Of a DNA stretch of 32,000 bases, positions 8,493-22,871 are shown piece by piece. Made by a program: the position numbers and the translations under genes. The stretch's first letter is position 1. Every line of letters starts with the position of its first letter. The notes under the pieces were generated by a model. It was given only the letters and a program-made list of their open reading frames with translations, ran no database searches and was not told the DNA's origin. The stretch is from Tannerellaceae bacterium (GTDB lineage: Bacteria > Bacteroidota > Bacteroidia > Bacteroidales > Tannerellaceae), in NCBI GenBank assembly GCA_036734445.1, contig DAIMYP010000003.1, positions 63,854-95,853 of the forward strand, in the 5' to 3' direction.

Positions 8493-10494
8493 CTTTGTAA
8501 AGTTCTTCATTTGAGAGATCTTTACCATAAGTAGCGTAATCCATCCGAAAATTGCAACCGTTTTTGTATTCTGAACAGCCATAGGCAGTTTTACCACGGA
8601 GAATCGTTCCTTTGTGACAGACTGGACAGAGCAAAATTGCTTTTGAAGCTTTTTTTGGCGAGGATTTTACTTTCTTTTGTTCTAGCTCTTTCCTTTCGAT
8701 AGTGATGCTATGTCTGCTTTGATCGGAAAGCACATTTTGTACTACCTGCTTAACCATCTGTTTTAATTCTTCCAAAAATAGAGGCGCTTCGTATTTACCT
8801 CTTTCTATTTGGCGCAGTTTTTTCTCCCAAAGTCCTGTCAGTTCGGCACTTTTGAGTAATTCTTCCTGAATGGTGCCAATAAGTTCGACACCAGTAGCTG
8901 TTGGATATAGATTCTTGCGCTCTTTGCGGATATAGTTGCGTTTGAATAGTGTTTCGATAATGGCAGCGCGTGTAGATGGACGACCTATGCCATTTTCTTT
9001 CAACGCATCGCGAAGTTCGTCATTATCAACAAGTTTCCCAGCAGTTTCCATTGCTCTCAGGAGCGTTGCTTCAGTGTATGGTTTCGGTGGTTGTGTCCAT
9101 TTTTCGGCCAATGATGGCTGATGAGGGCCGCTTTCGCCTTTGACAAAGGCTGGAAGGACACGTTCGTTGTTGTCTTCTTCGTCGTTATCGCTGTTCTTTT
9201 GTTCACTGCCGAAGATAATACGCCATCCTGGTTTAAGAATTTGCTTGCCATTGGTTTTGAAATCAACTTTGGCAGCCTTTCCCAGTACAGTCGTTGTCGA
9301 TATTTCACAGTCGGGGTAGAATGCAGCAATAAAACGTCGGGTTACCATGTCATACACTTTTTGTTCGTTCTCGGACAGTCCTCGAGGAGTAATTCCGGTT
9401 GGAATAATGGCATGATGGTCTGTGACTTTCGAATTGTCAAACACTCGTTTATCTTTGCGCAGTTTACCGGTCAGCAATGGCATAGTGAAGTTCGCATAAT
9501 TGGCCAATCCTTTGAGAATATTTGGGACCTTAGGATATATGTCGTCGCTCAAGTATGTAGTGTCGACACGTGGATAAGTAGTCACTTTTTTCTCGTATAA
9601 TGATTGAATCAGTTTCAGTGTATCGTCGGCTGTAAATGCATGTTTTTTATTGCATTCTACTTGCAGTGATGTCAAGTCGAAGAGACGGGGAGCATACTCT
9701 TTACCTTTCTTTTCAGAAATGTCGGTAACTGTGAAATCAGATTGTTTGATAGCTTCGAGAAACTGTTCGCCTTCTTCCTTAGAGGAAAACTTGCCTTTGC
9801 TTGCAGAAAATGTCGTGTCGCGATAAACTGTTTTTAGTTCCCAATAGGCTTCGGGCTTGAAGTTTTCGATTTCTGCTTGTCGATTGACAATTAGAGCGAG
9901 TGTTGGTGTCTGCACACGTCCGATGGAAAGTACTTGTTTATTTTGTCCATAACGAAGCGTGTACAGTCGTGTCGCATTCATGCCGAGCAGCCAATCTCCA
10001 ATAGCACGAGAAAGGCCTGCTTCGTAAAGCTTGTTGTAGTCTTTCTGATCTTTGAGACTTTTGAACCCTTCGCGGATAGATTCTTCGGTGAGCGAAGAAA
10101 TCCAAAGGCGATATACAGGGCATTTGCAGCCTGCTTTGAGCATCACCCAGCGTTGGATCAGTTCTCCTTCTTGTCCGGCATCACCGCAATTGATTACCAT
10201 TTCGGCATTTTGCATCAGTCCTTTGATGATTTCAAACTGTTGTTCATAGGTTGGATTGGATATCAGTTTGATGCTGAAACGGGGAGGAATCATCGGCAAG
10301 GAACTAAGGCTCCACCGTTTCCAGCTTTCGGTGTATTCCTGCGGTTCTTTTAATGTGCATAAATGGCCGTACGTCCAAGTCACTTGATATCCATTACCTT
10401 CGATATATCCTTTTTTTGACTGGGTCGCACCGAGTACTTCTGCAATTTCACGTGCTACACTGGGCTTTTCTGCAATACAAACTTTCATTCGCAA
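8470..10494 (-). CDS. topB: DNA topoisomerase III (type IA) with C-terminal Cys4 zinc-ribbon
   Basis: 674 aa; 'MKVCIAEKPSVAREIAEVLGA', 'LSIGRVQTPTLALIVNRQ', 'YPRVDTTYLSDDIYPKV', 'GIGRPSTRAAIIETL', C-terminal 'CPVCHKGTILRGKTAYGCSEYKNGCNFRM'. The start may be the second Met. Confidence 0.95.
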   Translation of the reverse strand: MRMKVCIAEKPSVAREIAEVLGATQSKKGYIEGNGYQVTWTYGHLCTLKEPQEYTESWKRWSLSSLPMIPPRFSIKLISNPTYEQQFEIIKGLMQNAEMVINCGDAGQEGELIQRWVMLKAGCKCPVYRLWISSLTEESIREGFKSLKDQKDYNKLYEAGLSRAIGDWLLGMNATRLYTLRYGQNKQVLSIGRVQTPTLALIVNRQAEIENFKPEAYWELKTVYRDTTFSASKGKFSSKEEGEQFLEAIKQSDFTVTDISEKKGKEYAPRLFDLTSLQVECNKKHAFTADDTLKLIQSLYEKKVTTYPRVDTTYLSDDIYPKVPNILKGLANYANFTMPLLTGKLRKDKRVFDNSKVTDHHAIIPTGITPRGLSENEQKVYDMVTRRFIAAFYPDCEISTTTVLGKAAKVDFKTNGKQILKPGWRIIFGSEQKNSDNDEEDNNERVLPAFVKGESGPHQPSLAEKWTQPPKPYTEATLLRAMETAGKLVDNDELRDALKENGIGRPSTRAAIIETLFKRNYIRKERKNLYPTATGVELIGTIQEELLKSAELTGLWEKKLRQIERGKYEAPLFLEELKQMVKQVVQNVLSDQSRHSITIERKELEQKKVKSSPKKASKAILLCPVCHKGTILRGKTAYGCSEYKNGCNFRMDYATYGKDLSNEELYKVIQSMKK

Positions 10495-10515
10495 ATTTTC
10501 TTCTCTAATGATACT

Positions 10516-10546
10516 GCAAAAGTAAACAATTTTTCAGTACTTTTGC
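10516..10546. promoter_or_regulatory. Inverted repeat GCAAAAGTA-N13-TACTTTTGC carrying back-to-back -7 elements for topB and the ECF sigma gene
   Basis: Perfect 9-nt arms at 10516-10524 and 10538-10546; each arm contains TACTTTTG (TAnnTTTG) pointing toward the adjacent divergent gene. Confidence 0.55.
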
Positions 10547-10585
10547 TTCGATTAATCTAAGCAGACACGAATTACACATTTAACA

Positions 10586-11170
10586 ATGGATGAGGTCAAT
10601 CTAATTCGCGGATTAAAACAAGGTTCAAAGTCGGCATTTGATGCTATCTATGCGATGTATTTCAAACGCCTGTTTGTTTATTGTCTAAGGTTTACCAAAT
10701 CAAGTGAAGATGCAGAGGAAATAGTACAGGATGTTTTCCTTCGTTTATGGAATATTAGAGAATCGATTCAGCAAGAAGATACATTGCGTTCGCTTTTGTT
10801 TATTATTTCAAAAAATTATCTGATCAATGCTTTTCATAAAAATATTAATTCCCCAGTTTACGAAGATTATGTGAATTACCAAGAGCAGATTGCTGTTGAT
10901 AATATCAGTCGGATGGAATATGAGGAATTTGTACATCAGTTGAATCATGCAATGTCGCGATTACCCAAAACACAACAGCTGGTTATTGAACTTTCACGTT
11001 TTAAACAATTGTCGAATAAAGAAGTTGCTGAGCGGTTATCTTTGAGTGAACAGACGGTGAAGAATCAGCTGTCATTGGGGTTGAAGATGCTTCGCTCGTT
11101 ATTGGGAAATGCACCTATTATAGGGCTATTTTTTATTTTAAATGACCTTTTTCGGTACGTCGACAAATAA
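10586..11170 (+). CDS. RNA polymerase ECF-type sigma factor (Bacteroidetes family, PUL-associated)
   Basis: 194 aa; 'GSKSAFDAIYAMYFKRLFVYCLRFTKSSEDAEEIVQDVFLRLWNIRE', region 4 'LPKTQQLVIELSRFKQLSNKEVAERLSLSEQTVKNQLSLGLKMLR'. Confidence 0.95.
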   Translation: MDEVNLIRGLKQGSKSAFDAIYAMYFKRLFVYCLRFTKSSEDAEEIVQDVFLRLWNIRESIQQEDTLRSLLFIISKNYLINAFHKNINSPVYEDYVNYQEQIAVDNISRMEYEEFVHQLNHAMSRLPKTQQLVIELSRFKQLSNKEVAERLSLSEQTVKNQLSLGLKMLRSLLGNAPIIGLFFILNDLFRYVDK

Positions 11171-11198
11171 TTATTGTCATTATTAGTAAAGAAGGAAT

Positions 11199-12173
11199 AT
11201 GAAAGACTTATATAAGAAATATGTAACGGATCACTTGACACATCAAGAACTTGAAATGCTGAAGAATACAGATCCTTCCATTTTAGATCGAGAACTTGAG
11301 CGATTCATGGAAGAGGAGTGGCAGAGTGATATGTTGGATTCATCAAATGTCTCCGAGGAACTGATGGTTCGTGTCAAATCGCAATTGGATGAGAAGATTC
11401 AACTTCGACGTTTGAGCATGCCTCTTTATGTGAAAGTATTTGCTTGGGCTGCAGCAGTTTTATTGCCGTTGCTTATTCTTTCGACTTTTTATCTTTATCA
11501 TGAAAATCATCAGTTGGTTTCTGAAGAAATGGTTGTAGCTACAGGTTTGGGTGAACGGGCAACTATTACATTGCCTGATGCTACAAAAGTGACACTTAAT
11601 GCAGATTCGAAGTTGACCTATATTCCAAAGGTATATAATAAGAAAGAAAGAAAAATCAAGTTTTCAGGAGAAGGTTATTTCGAAGTTTCAAAAGATAAAG
11701 AACGTCCGTTCCTTATTGATGCAAAAGGATTAAATATTACTGTTCTTGGAACAACCTTTGATTTGTTAGTGAGGAATAATGAAAAAACGGCTGAATTATC
11801 TCTTGAATCAGGTAAAGTGATGTTTCGTTCGCTATTAAGCGGAAAATTTGTAATCTTGAATCCAAACCAAAAAGTCGTTCTTGATCAGTCGACTGGCAAT
11901 TTGGTGGTTATGAAAGACGAATCTCAATATGTGGCACCATGGAAACGAAATGAATTGGTATTTCGAAATGCTCCTTTGTCTTCAGTTCTTTCGAGCATAG
12001 AAAAAACGTATGGGGTACATATTGTTATGGGTTGTAAGGAATGTAATTCAGATTTGTTCACGGGAACTTTAGTGACAAATGATATTAATGGTGTATTGGA
12101 AGTAATTGAAGAAGCTTATCAGCTTAAGGCGGTAATGAACGGACATGAGATTTCTATCGTTAAAGTAAAATGA
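11199..12173 (+). CDS. FecR family anti-sigma factor / transmembrane sensor
   Basis: 324 aa; central TM 'FAWAAAVLLPLLILSTFYLY', 'GLGERATITLPDATKVTLNADSKLTYIPKVYNKKERKIKFSGEGYFEVSKDKERPFLIDAKGLNITVLGTTFDL', characteristic of FecR. Confidence 0.95.
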   Translation: MKDLYKKYVTDHLTHQELEMLKNTDPSILDRELERFMEEEWQSDMLDSSNVSEELMVRVKSQLDEKIQLRRLSMPLYVKVFAWAAAVLLPLLILSTFYLYHENHQLVSEEMVVATGLGERATITLPDATKVTLNADSKLTYIPKVYNKKERKIKFSGEGYFEVSKDKERPFLIDAKGLNITVLGTTFDLLVRNNEKTAELSLESGKVMFRSLLSGKFVILNPNQKVVLDQSTGNLVVMKDESQYVAPWKRNELVFRNAPLSSVLSSIEKTYGVHIVMGCKECNSDLFTGTLVTNDINGVLEVIEEAYQLKAVMNGHEISIVKVK

Positions 12174-12192
12174 TATTTGTGTATTATCGGAG

Positions 12193-12227
12193 AACCATTT
12201 CTTTTCATCGATTAGAAATGGTTTTTT
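12193..12227 (+). terminator. Rho-independent terminator between the FecR gene and the susC-like gene
   Basis: Perfect 10-bp stem AACCATTTCT (12193-12202) / AGAAATGGTT (12214-12223), 11-nt loop, followed by a T-run. Confidence 0.7.
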
Positions 12228-12336
12228 ATGTTATATAGCATATTATTTTTTCGGTACATGTTTAAAAAAGGCTTGTCTTTACCGTCAAAGATCTAACAAA
12301 GGTCACAATTCATTATTAACTTTAATTTTGAGTAAG

Positions 12337-15300
12337 ATGGATAAACATCGAAAAGTGAATTTTTTCGCAGTATTGTTCTTTTTGTCTTTATTCTGTTGCT
12401 TCAGCATTCAGGGACAAGAACAGAAAGTAGCAGTTAATTTGAAAAATGCTTCTTTGAAAGAAGTATTTAGTGTAATTGAGAAACAAACATCTTATCGTTT
12501 CTCGTATCGCAGTGCCGCTATTGATAACCGAAAGGATATCAATGTACAGAAAAGTGGTGTATCAGTTACAACGGTGCTTGATGAAGCTTTGAAAGGACGT
12601 GATTTGGAATACAAGATTGTCTCATCGAAGATGATTGTCATTTCAAATAAAGTCACCAATAAGGCTATACCTTTCACCAAGCAGAAGAGGGTCTCGGGTG
12701 TTATCACGGATACAAAAGGAGAACCGATAATTGGGGCAAATGTGGCTGTGAAAGGAACATCAAATGGTACTATTACGGATATTGACGGGAAGTTCGACAT
12801 CGAAGTTCCTGCCAATACCACATTGAAAATTTCATACATTGGCTATCAGCCTATGGAAATAAATATTGGCAACAAGAGTACGATAGATATAAAACTTTCT
12901 GAAGATACGCAGGCTTTGGATGAAATAGTTGTTGTTGGTTATGGTACGCAAAAAAAATCGGATGTTTCTGGTTCTGTAACGACCGTTTCGGGTGAAAAAC
13001 TTGCTAAAATTCCTACAGCCAATGCAGAAACTGCACTTCAGGGAATGGCTCCTGGTTTGTCAGTCAATTTCGGAAGTGGTTCGGCTGGATCGACAGGAAC
13101 CTTACAAGTGCGTGGTGTAACAACGTGGGGAACCGATAACTCGCCTTTGGTTATTATTGATGGTGTACCTGGGGATATGTCGTATTTGAATCCTGAAGAT
13201 ATTAAATCAATGTCTGTATTGAAAGATGCAGCAACAGCTGCTATTTATGGTGCACGGGCTGCCGCAGGTGTGATTTTGATTGAGACGAATAGAGGAACAG
13301 TACAAGCACCAAGAATCCAATTCTCAGCTTATTTAGGAATGGATGACTTGCCTAAACGTATGGAAGTCTGCAATTCTGCAGAATTTGTAAAAGTTCGCAA
13401 GATGGCTCTTTCAAATGCAGGAATAGCTGAAAGCCGTTGGCCGAAATATATTTCTGCATATGAGAAGGATCCTACTCAGTTCGCTGATACGGATTGGCAG
13501 AAGGAATACTACCGCAGAGGACTTACTCAAAAATATAATGTTGGTTATACGAGCGGTAATGAAGTGACAAATGTAGCACTTTCTACATTCTATTCAAAGA
13601 CCGATGCTATTGTCATTGGTACAGGTGATACAAAATATGGTTTCCGACTCAACTCAGATGTTAAGAGAGGCAACTTTAAAATGGGTGAATCTGTAAGCTA
13701 TAGTCGCTGGGAATCAGATTTAGAAGCCAGCTCTGGTTTTCCAAGCATGTATCAGGTAACAAATATAGAACCACTTGCTTTTGTTTATGATAAAAATAAC
13801 GATGGTGGATACGGTGGAGCTATTGCCGGAATGGGAATGTCGGATGCTGCAAACGTTGTAGGTTATAATAAACTTGTTGAAAACACAGCAGCTAATGACT
13901 ATATAGCAGCATCAGGTTATCTTCAGTACGAACCGATTAAAGATTTGGTTTTAAAATTCAAAGCAAGTCGAAATATTTATTTCGGAAGTTCAAGAAACTT
14001 TACTCCAACTTATGAATTGGGCGTGATGAAAGTAAATAATCGTGCATCATTATATGAAGAGCGGACAAAGACAATGAGCGATTTGTTGGAATTTACAGCC
14101 AATTGGAATAAAACTTTTCTACAGAAACATAGCGTACAAGCTCTATTTGGTATGTCACAGGAAGAAAATCGCTATGACGGCATCAATGCTTCAGGTAAAA
14201 AGTTTGAAAATAATGAAATGAGTTTACTAGGCCAGGCACAGGAGGATTTTGCCATTGGAGGAACTAAAACACGCAGTGGTTTACGGTCAGTGTTTGGACG
14301 TTTGAATTATAATTATTTGATGCGTTATATGATTATGGCCTCTTGCCGTTATGATGGTTCTTCACGTTTTGCCGATGGAAACAAATGGGGCGTTTTCCCG
14401 TCGGTCTCTGCCGGGTGGAATATCGCCAATGAGCCATTTTGGGGAAACATGAAAGAAACGGTTTCGACTTTAAAATTACGTTTGAGTTATGGTGGTTTGG
14501 GTAACCAGTCTATAGGTTTGTATAAATATATTCCTAAGTTGTCATCAAACACCGATTATTTGAATTATCCTTTTGGAGGGAAAGATGTTTCTTTAGGTTA
14601 TGCAATAACCGAGTTGCCATCATCTAACATTAAATGGGAGACGACTATTTATAAGAATGTAGGTATTGATGTAGGTCTTTGGAATAATAAACTTGAACTG
14701 TCAGCTGAAGCTTATATAAAGAATACAAAAGACATGCTTTCGACAAAGAATATTAGTCTTTGTACCGGATTTGGTTCATTAACGGTTAATGACGGAAAGC
14801 TGCGTACTACTGGTTTTGAAATGCAGGCAATTTATCATGGAAATGCAGGCAAGCTGAAATATGATCTGGATATGAATCTCACACATTATAAGAGTGTACT
14901 GAAGTCGATGGCCGATCCGAATTATCTTTATGAATATGGCGCTATGAGAACGTATGTCGGAGGCGAGATCGGTGAGTTCTGGGTAGTCAAGACCGATGGT
15001 ATTTTCCAAAGTGCACAAGAAGTAACTGAGTGGAACAAGATACATGGCTATTATGACAAGAATAACGAATGGCATGGTATGCAACCGTCAGCTAAACCGG
15101 GAGATATTAAATTTATTGACCAGAATGGCGATGGAATGTTGGATTCAAGTGATAAGGTGAAAGTGGGAAGTGGAACGCCAAAAGTAGCTTTGGCATTTAA
15201 TGTGAATCTGACCTATGGCGATTTTGATTTAGTAGCTAATTTCTATGGACATTTTGGTGTGAAACGTTATAATTATACCAAGTATCAGTTGCAGCGCATG

Positions 15301-15669
15301 GACCAAGTGTTTAATTATGGCAAGGATGCATTGAATGCATGGACTCCTGAGAATACCGATACCGATGTTCCGCGTGCCGTACAAGGCGATCCGAACAAAA
15401 ATAATCGCGTGTCGGACCGATATGTAGAGAATGGCGATTATTTGCGTCTGAATAATTTGCAGTTGGGTTATAATCTTCCTGCAAGTACTTGTCACAGCCT
15501 AGGCATTTCCAACTTACGTGTATATATTGGAGGTGAACGTTTGTTTACTATAACAGGATATAAGGGCTACGATCCTTCAACAGGTTCGACAGTTGGACGC
15601 ATCGGCTATGATTATGCTTCAACACCTCTGAGTCGTACCTATATGGCTGGCATCAAATTTAGTTTCTAA
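12337..15669 (+). CDS. SusC/RagA-family TonB-dependent outer-membrane transporter with N-terminal STN (secretin/TonB signalling) domain
   Basis: ORF 12328..15669; likely ATG at 12337. Signal peptide, STN region 'VNLKNASLKEVFSVIEKQTSYRFSY', carboxypeptidase-like 'SGVITDTKGEPIIGANVAVKGTSNGTITDIDGKFDI', TonB box/plug 'DEIVVVGYGTQKKSDVSGSV', C-terminal beta-barrel 'GIKFSF'. Confidence 0.97.
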   Translation: MDKHRKVNFFAVLFFLSLFCCFSIQGQEQKVAVNLKNASLKEVFSVIEKQTSYRFSYRSAAIDNRKDINVQKSGVSVTTVLDEALKGRDLEYKIVSSKMIVISNKVTNKAIPFTKQKRVSGVITDTKGEPIIGANVAVKGTSNGTITDIDGKFDIEVPANTTLKISYIGYQPMEINIGNKSTIDIKLSEDTQALDEIVVVGYGTQKKSDVSGSVTTVSGEKLAKIPTANAETALQGMAPGLSVNFGSGSAGSTGTLQVRGVTTWGTDNSPLVIIDGVPGDMSYLNPEDIKSMSVLKDAATAAIYGARAAAGVILIETNRGTVQAPRIQFSAYLGMDDLPKRMEVCNSAEFVKVRKMALSNAGIAESRWPKYISAYEKDPTQFADTDWQKEYYRRGLTQKYNVGYTSGNEVTNVALSTFYSKTDAIVIGTGDTKYGFRLNSDVKRGNFKMGESVSYSRWESDLEASSGFPSMYQVTNIEPLAFVYDKNNDGGYGGAIAGMGMSDAANVVGYNKLVENTAANDYIAASGYLQYEPIKDLVLKFKASRNIYFGSSRNFTPTYELGVMKVNNRASLYEERTKTMSDLLEFTANWNKTFLQKHSVQALFGMSQEENRYDGINASGKKFENNEMSLLGQAQEDFAIGGTKTRSGLRSVFGRLNYNYLMRYMIMASCRYDGSSRFADGNKWGVFPSVSAGWNIANEPFWGNMKETVSTLKLRLSYGGLGNQSIGLYKYIPKLSSNTDYLNYPFGGKDVSLGYAITELPSSNIKWETTIYKNVGIDVGLWNNKLELSAEAYIKNTKDMLSTKNISLCTGFGSLTVNDGKLRTTGFEMQAIYHGNAGKLKYDLDMNLTHYKSVLKSMADPNYLYEYGAMRTYVGGEIGEFWVVKTDGIFQSAQEVTEWNKIHGYYDKNNEWHGMQPSAKPGDIKFIDQNGDGMLDSSDKVKVGSGTPKVALAFNVNLTYGDFDLVANFYGHFGVKRYNYTKYQLQRMDQVFNYGKDALNAWTPENTDTDVPRAVQGDPNKNNRVSDRYVENGDYLRLNNLQLGYNLPASTCHSLGISNLRVYIGGERLFTITGYKGYDPSTGSTVGRIGYDYASTPLSRTYMAGIKFSF

Positions 15670-15687
15670 CATTAAAAAGTAAGCAAA

Positions 15688-17220
15688 ATGAAAATAAAGA
15701 ATATCATATTAAGTACAGCTGTTTTATCGAATCTGCTTTTAGCATCCTGTACAGGCTCATTCCTCGATGAGGATAGAAACCCGAATTCACTTTCTCCAAA
15801 TATATTTTGGAAAAGTGAGGCAGATATAATGAAAGGGCTTACAAGTGCGTATGCTTATATGCAGCCGAACGTAGATTGGGCAATTCCATATGAAAGATAT
15901 ATTGTAATAGACAACTACAGGAGCGACGAGATTGATTTTCGTGCCGATGTTAGTTCATGGATGAGCATTGCAATGTTTACAAATGATCCCACAAATTCGG
16001 TTACCGAAACGGAATGGACAAATTTGTATACAGGTATCAATTATGCAAATCAGTGCATTGATAATATTCCAAATGTGCCTGATGATGACTCAAAGTTGGG
16101 TGATGTCAAGAAGCAGGCTCTTGCTGAAGCTCGTTTCCTACGTGCCTATTATTATTATCGCCTTTATTTGAACTTTGGCGAGAATGTACCTATTTACACG
16201 CATGAACTAAAAGGAACAGATGAGGAATTTTATCCTAAACAGGCTACCAACGGCGAACTGGTCAGCTTTATTGAGTCTGAATTGAAGGATATTCAGTCAG
16301 ATCTTCCTGAAAAGTATACGTCAGAAAGCGACGGAGGACGCATAACGCGTTATGCAGCTGCAGCTGTACTTGGTAAGTTTTATATGTTCCGTCACGAAAC
16401 AGCGAAAGCTGAACAGGAATTCAAAAAATTGATTGGAAAATACGAACTGATGGATAACTATGCAGATAACTTCGACGGACTGCATAAGAATAATAAAGAA
16501 TCGGTACTTGAAGTTCAGTTTACTGGTAATATGACAGGCGGCCATTATGAATACAATTTATTCGCTATTCATTTAGCTCCGTTCTCGGCTTATGATGGTG
16601 GTTATGAAGAAGCATATCCCTCGAATTGGCTTTTTGATTTGATGAAGACAGATAAGACAGTTGATGGGAAATATAGCCCTCGAACGTTGGCAACCATAAT
16701 TTTTGACGATCCTGATTGTCGCCCTTCTTATTATGAGGATGGCAAATCGTTCTCTGATTATCATGAACCGGGACAATTCTTCTGGCATAAATATGTAACA
16801 TGGGATAAATCCTTAAGTTCTGACTGGTATTACAGCGGATATAATGTGACATTAATTCGTTATGCCGACATTCTGTTGCTTTATGCGGAATGTTTGAACG
16901 ACAGGGGTGCAACGTCTGAAGCTATTCGATATATTAATCAGGTTCGTAATCGTGTTAATGTACCAGAACTGCCTGTATCTATGTCTAAAGATCAGGTCTT
17001 GAAACATTTGCAGGATGTTGAACGTCCATGCGAGCTGGCATTAGAAGGTGATCGCTGGTATGACTTGATTCGTTGGAATATTGTTGGAACTACTTTGACC
17101 TCTCATAAGAAACCTTACGTAGAAAACTATGTAGACAGTAAACACAAATTGTTCCCTATTCCTCATAAGGAATTCTTGATGAATCCAACGTGGGAACAGA
17201 ATCCAAATTTCAGTAAATAA
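15688..17220 (+). CDS. SusD/RagB-family outer-membrane glycan-binding lipoprotein
   Basis: 510 aa; lipobox 'NLLLASCTG', 'DNYRSDEIDF', 'ALAEARFLRAYYYYRLYLNFGENVPI', C-terminal 'RPCELALEGDRWYDLIRWNI'. Confidence 0.96.
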   Translation: MKIKNIILSTAVLSNLLLASCTGSFLDEDRNPNSLSPNIFWKSEADIMKGLTSAYAYMQPNVDWAIPYERYIVIDNYRSDEIDFRADVSSWMSIAMFTNDPTNSVTETEWTNLYTGINYANQCIDNIPNVPDDDSKLGDVKKQALAEARFLRAYYYYRLYLNFGENVPIYTHELKGTDEEFYPKQATNGELVSFIESELKDIQSDLPEKYTSESDGGRITRYAAAAVLGKFYMFRHETAKAEQEFKKLIGKYELMDNYADNFDGLHKNNKESVLEVQFTGNMTGGHYEYNLFAIHLAPFSAYDGGYEEAYPSNWLFDLMKTDKTVDGKYSPRTLATIIFDDPDCRPSYYEDGKSFSDYHEPGQFFWHKYVTWDKSLSSDWYYSGYNVTLIRYADILLLYAECLNDRGATSEAIRYINQVRNRVNVPELPVSMSKDQVLKHLQDVERPCELALEGDRWYDLIRWNIVGTTLTSHKKPYVENYVDSKHKLFPIPHKEFLMNPTWEQNPNFSK

Positions 17221-17266
17221 AGCTTTTTATCAGGATTTCTTTTTTATATAGATATTTCTATAACTA

Positions 17267-17293
17267 TTCTCCGGAAAACTATTTTCCGGAGAA
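17267..17293 (+). terminator. Perfect 12-bp stem, 3-nt-loop hairpin between susD-like and GH63-like genes; possible attenuator or RNA-stability element
   Basis: TTCTCCGGAAAA (17267-17278), loop CTA, TTTTCCGGAGAA (17282-17293); only a weak downstream T-run (AGTTTTAAA). Confidence 0.5.
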
Positions 17294-17318
17294 AGTTTTA
17301 AATCACTTATTTAAATGT

Positions 17319-22567
<5,249 letters not shown>

Positions 22568-22581
22568 AAATAAAATGTTTA

Positions 22582-22619
22582 GGAAGGGTTGATTTATAAA
22601 AGCGTTTTTGTTCCCTTCC
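22582..22619 (+). terminator. Stem-loop immediately downstream of the GH2 gene
   Basis: GGAAGGG (22582-22588) / CCCTTCC (22613-22619), 7-bp perfect stem. Confidence 0.35.
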
Positions 22620-22759
22620 AAAATTTGTAGTAGAGTGTAAACGCCGTGTTATTTTATCTCTGAAGTTCGGATGATTGAAAAACGCGGCGTAATTTTATTA
22701 TTTATGTTCGAATAGTATGAAAACTCCGCTTTGCTACTCCATTAGAATTGATATAATAC

Positions 22760-22815
22760 AAAAACGCGTTTTGCTTTCGAAGCCTGATATCAGGCAGAAA
22801 GAAAACGCGTTTTTT
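22760..22815. terminator. Long bidirectional terminator-like hairpin between convergent GH2 and GH36 genes
   Basis: Arms AAAAACGCGTTTTGCTTTC (22760-22778) and GAAAGAAAACGCGTTTTT (22797-22814/5) pair with a one-base bulge. The interior contains the perfect palindrome GCCTGATATCAGGC (22782-22795). The hairpin has T-rich flanks on both strands. Confidence 0.75.
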
Positions 22816-22871
22816 ATATAGTGATAAATATGAAATCCTATTGCACCTCAAGACTGATTGCCCGTCGATGT

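Noticed and set aside
8936-10353. Plus-strand ORFs (8936..9121, 9121..9600, 9934..10353) opposite topB
   Set aside because: Antisense shadows of a well-conserved topoisomerase gene; low-complexity or unconvincing protein sequence.
22641-22815. Repeated ACGCG units considered as a CRISPR or direct-repeat array
   Set aside because: Units are arms of hairpins with irregular spacing and no consistent spacers; they fit terminators or a REP-like element better.
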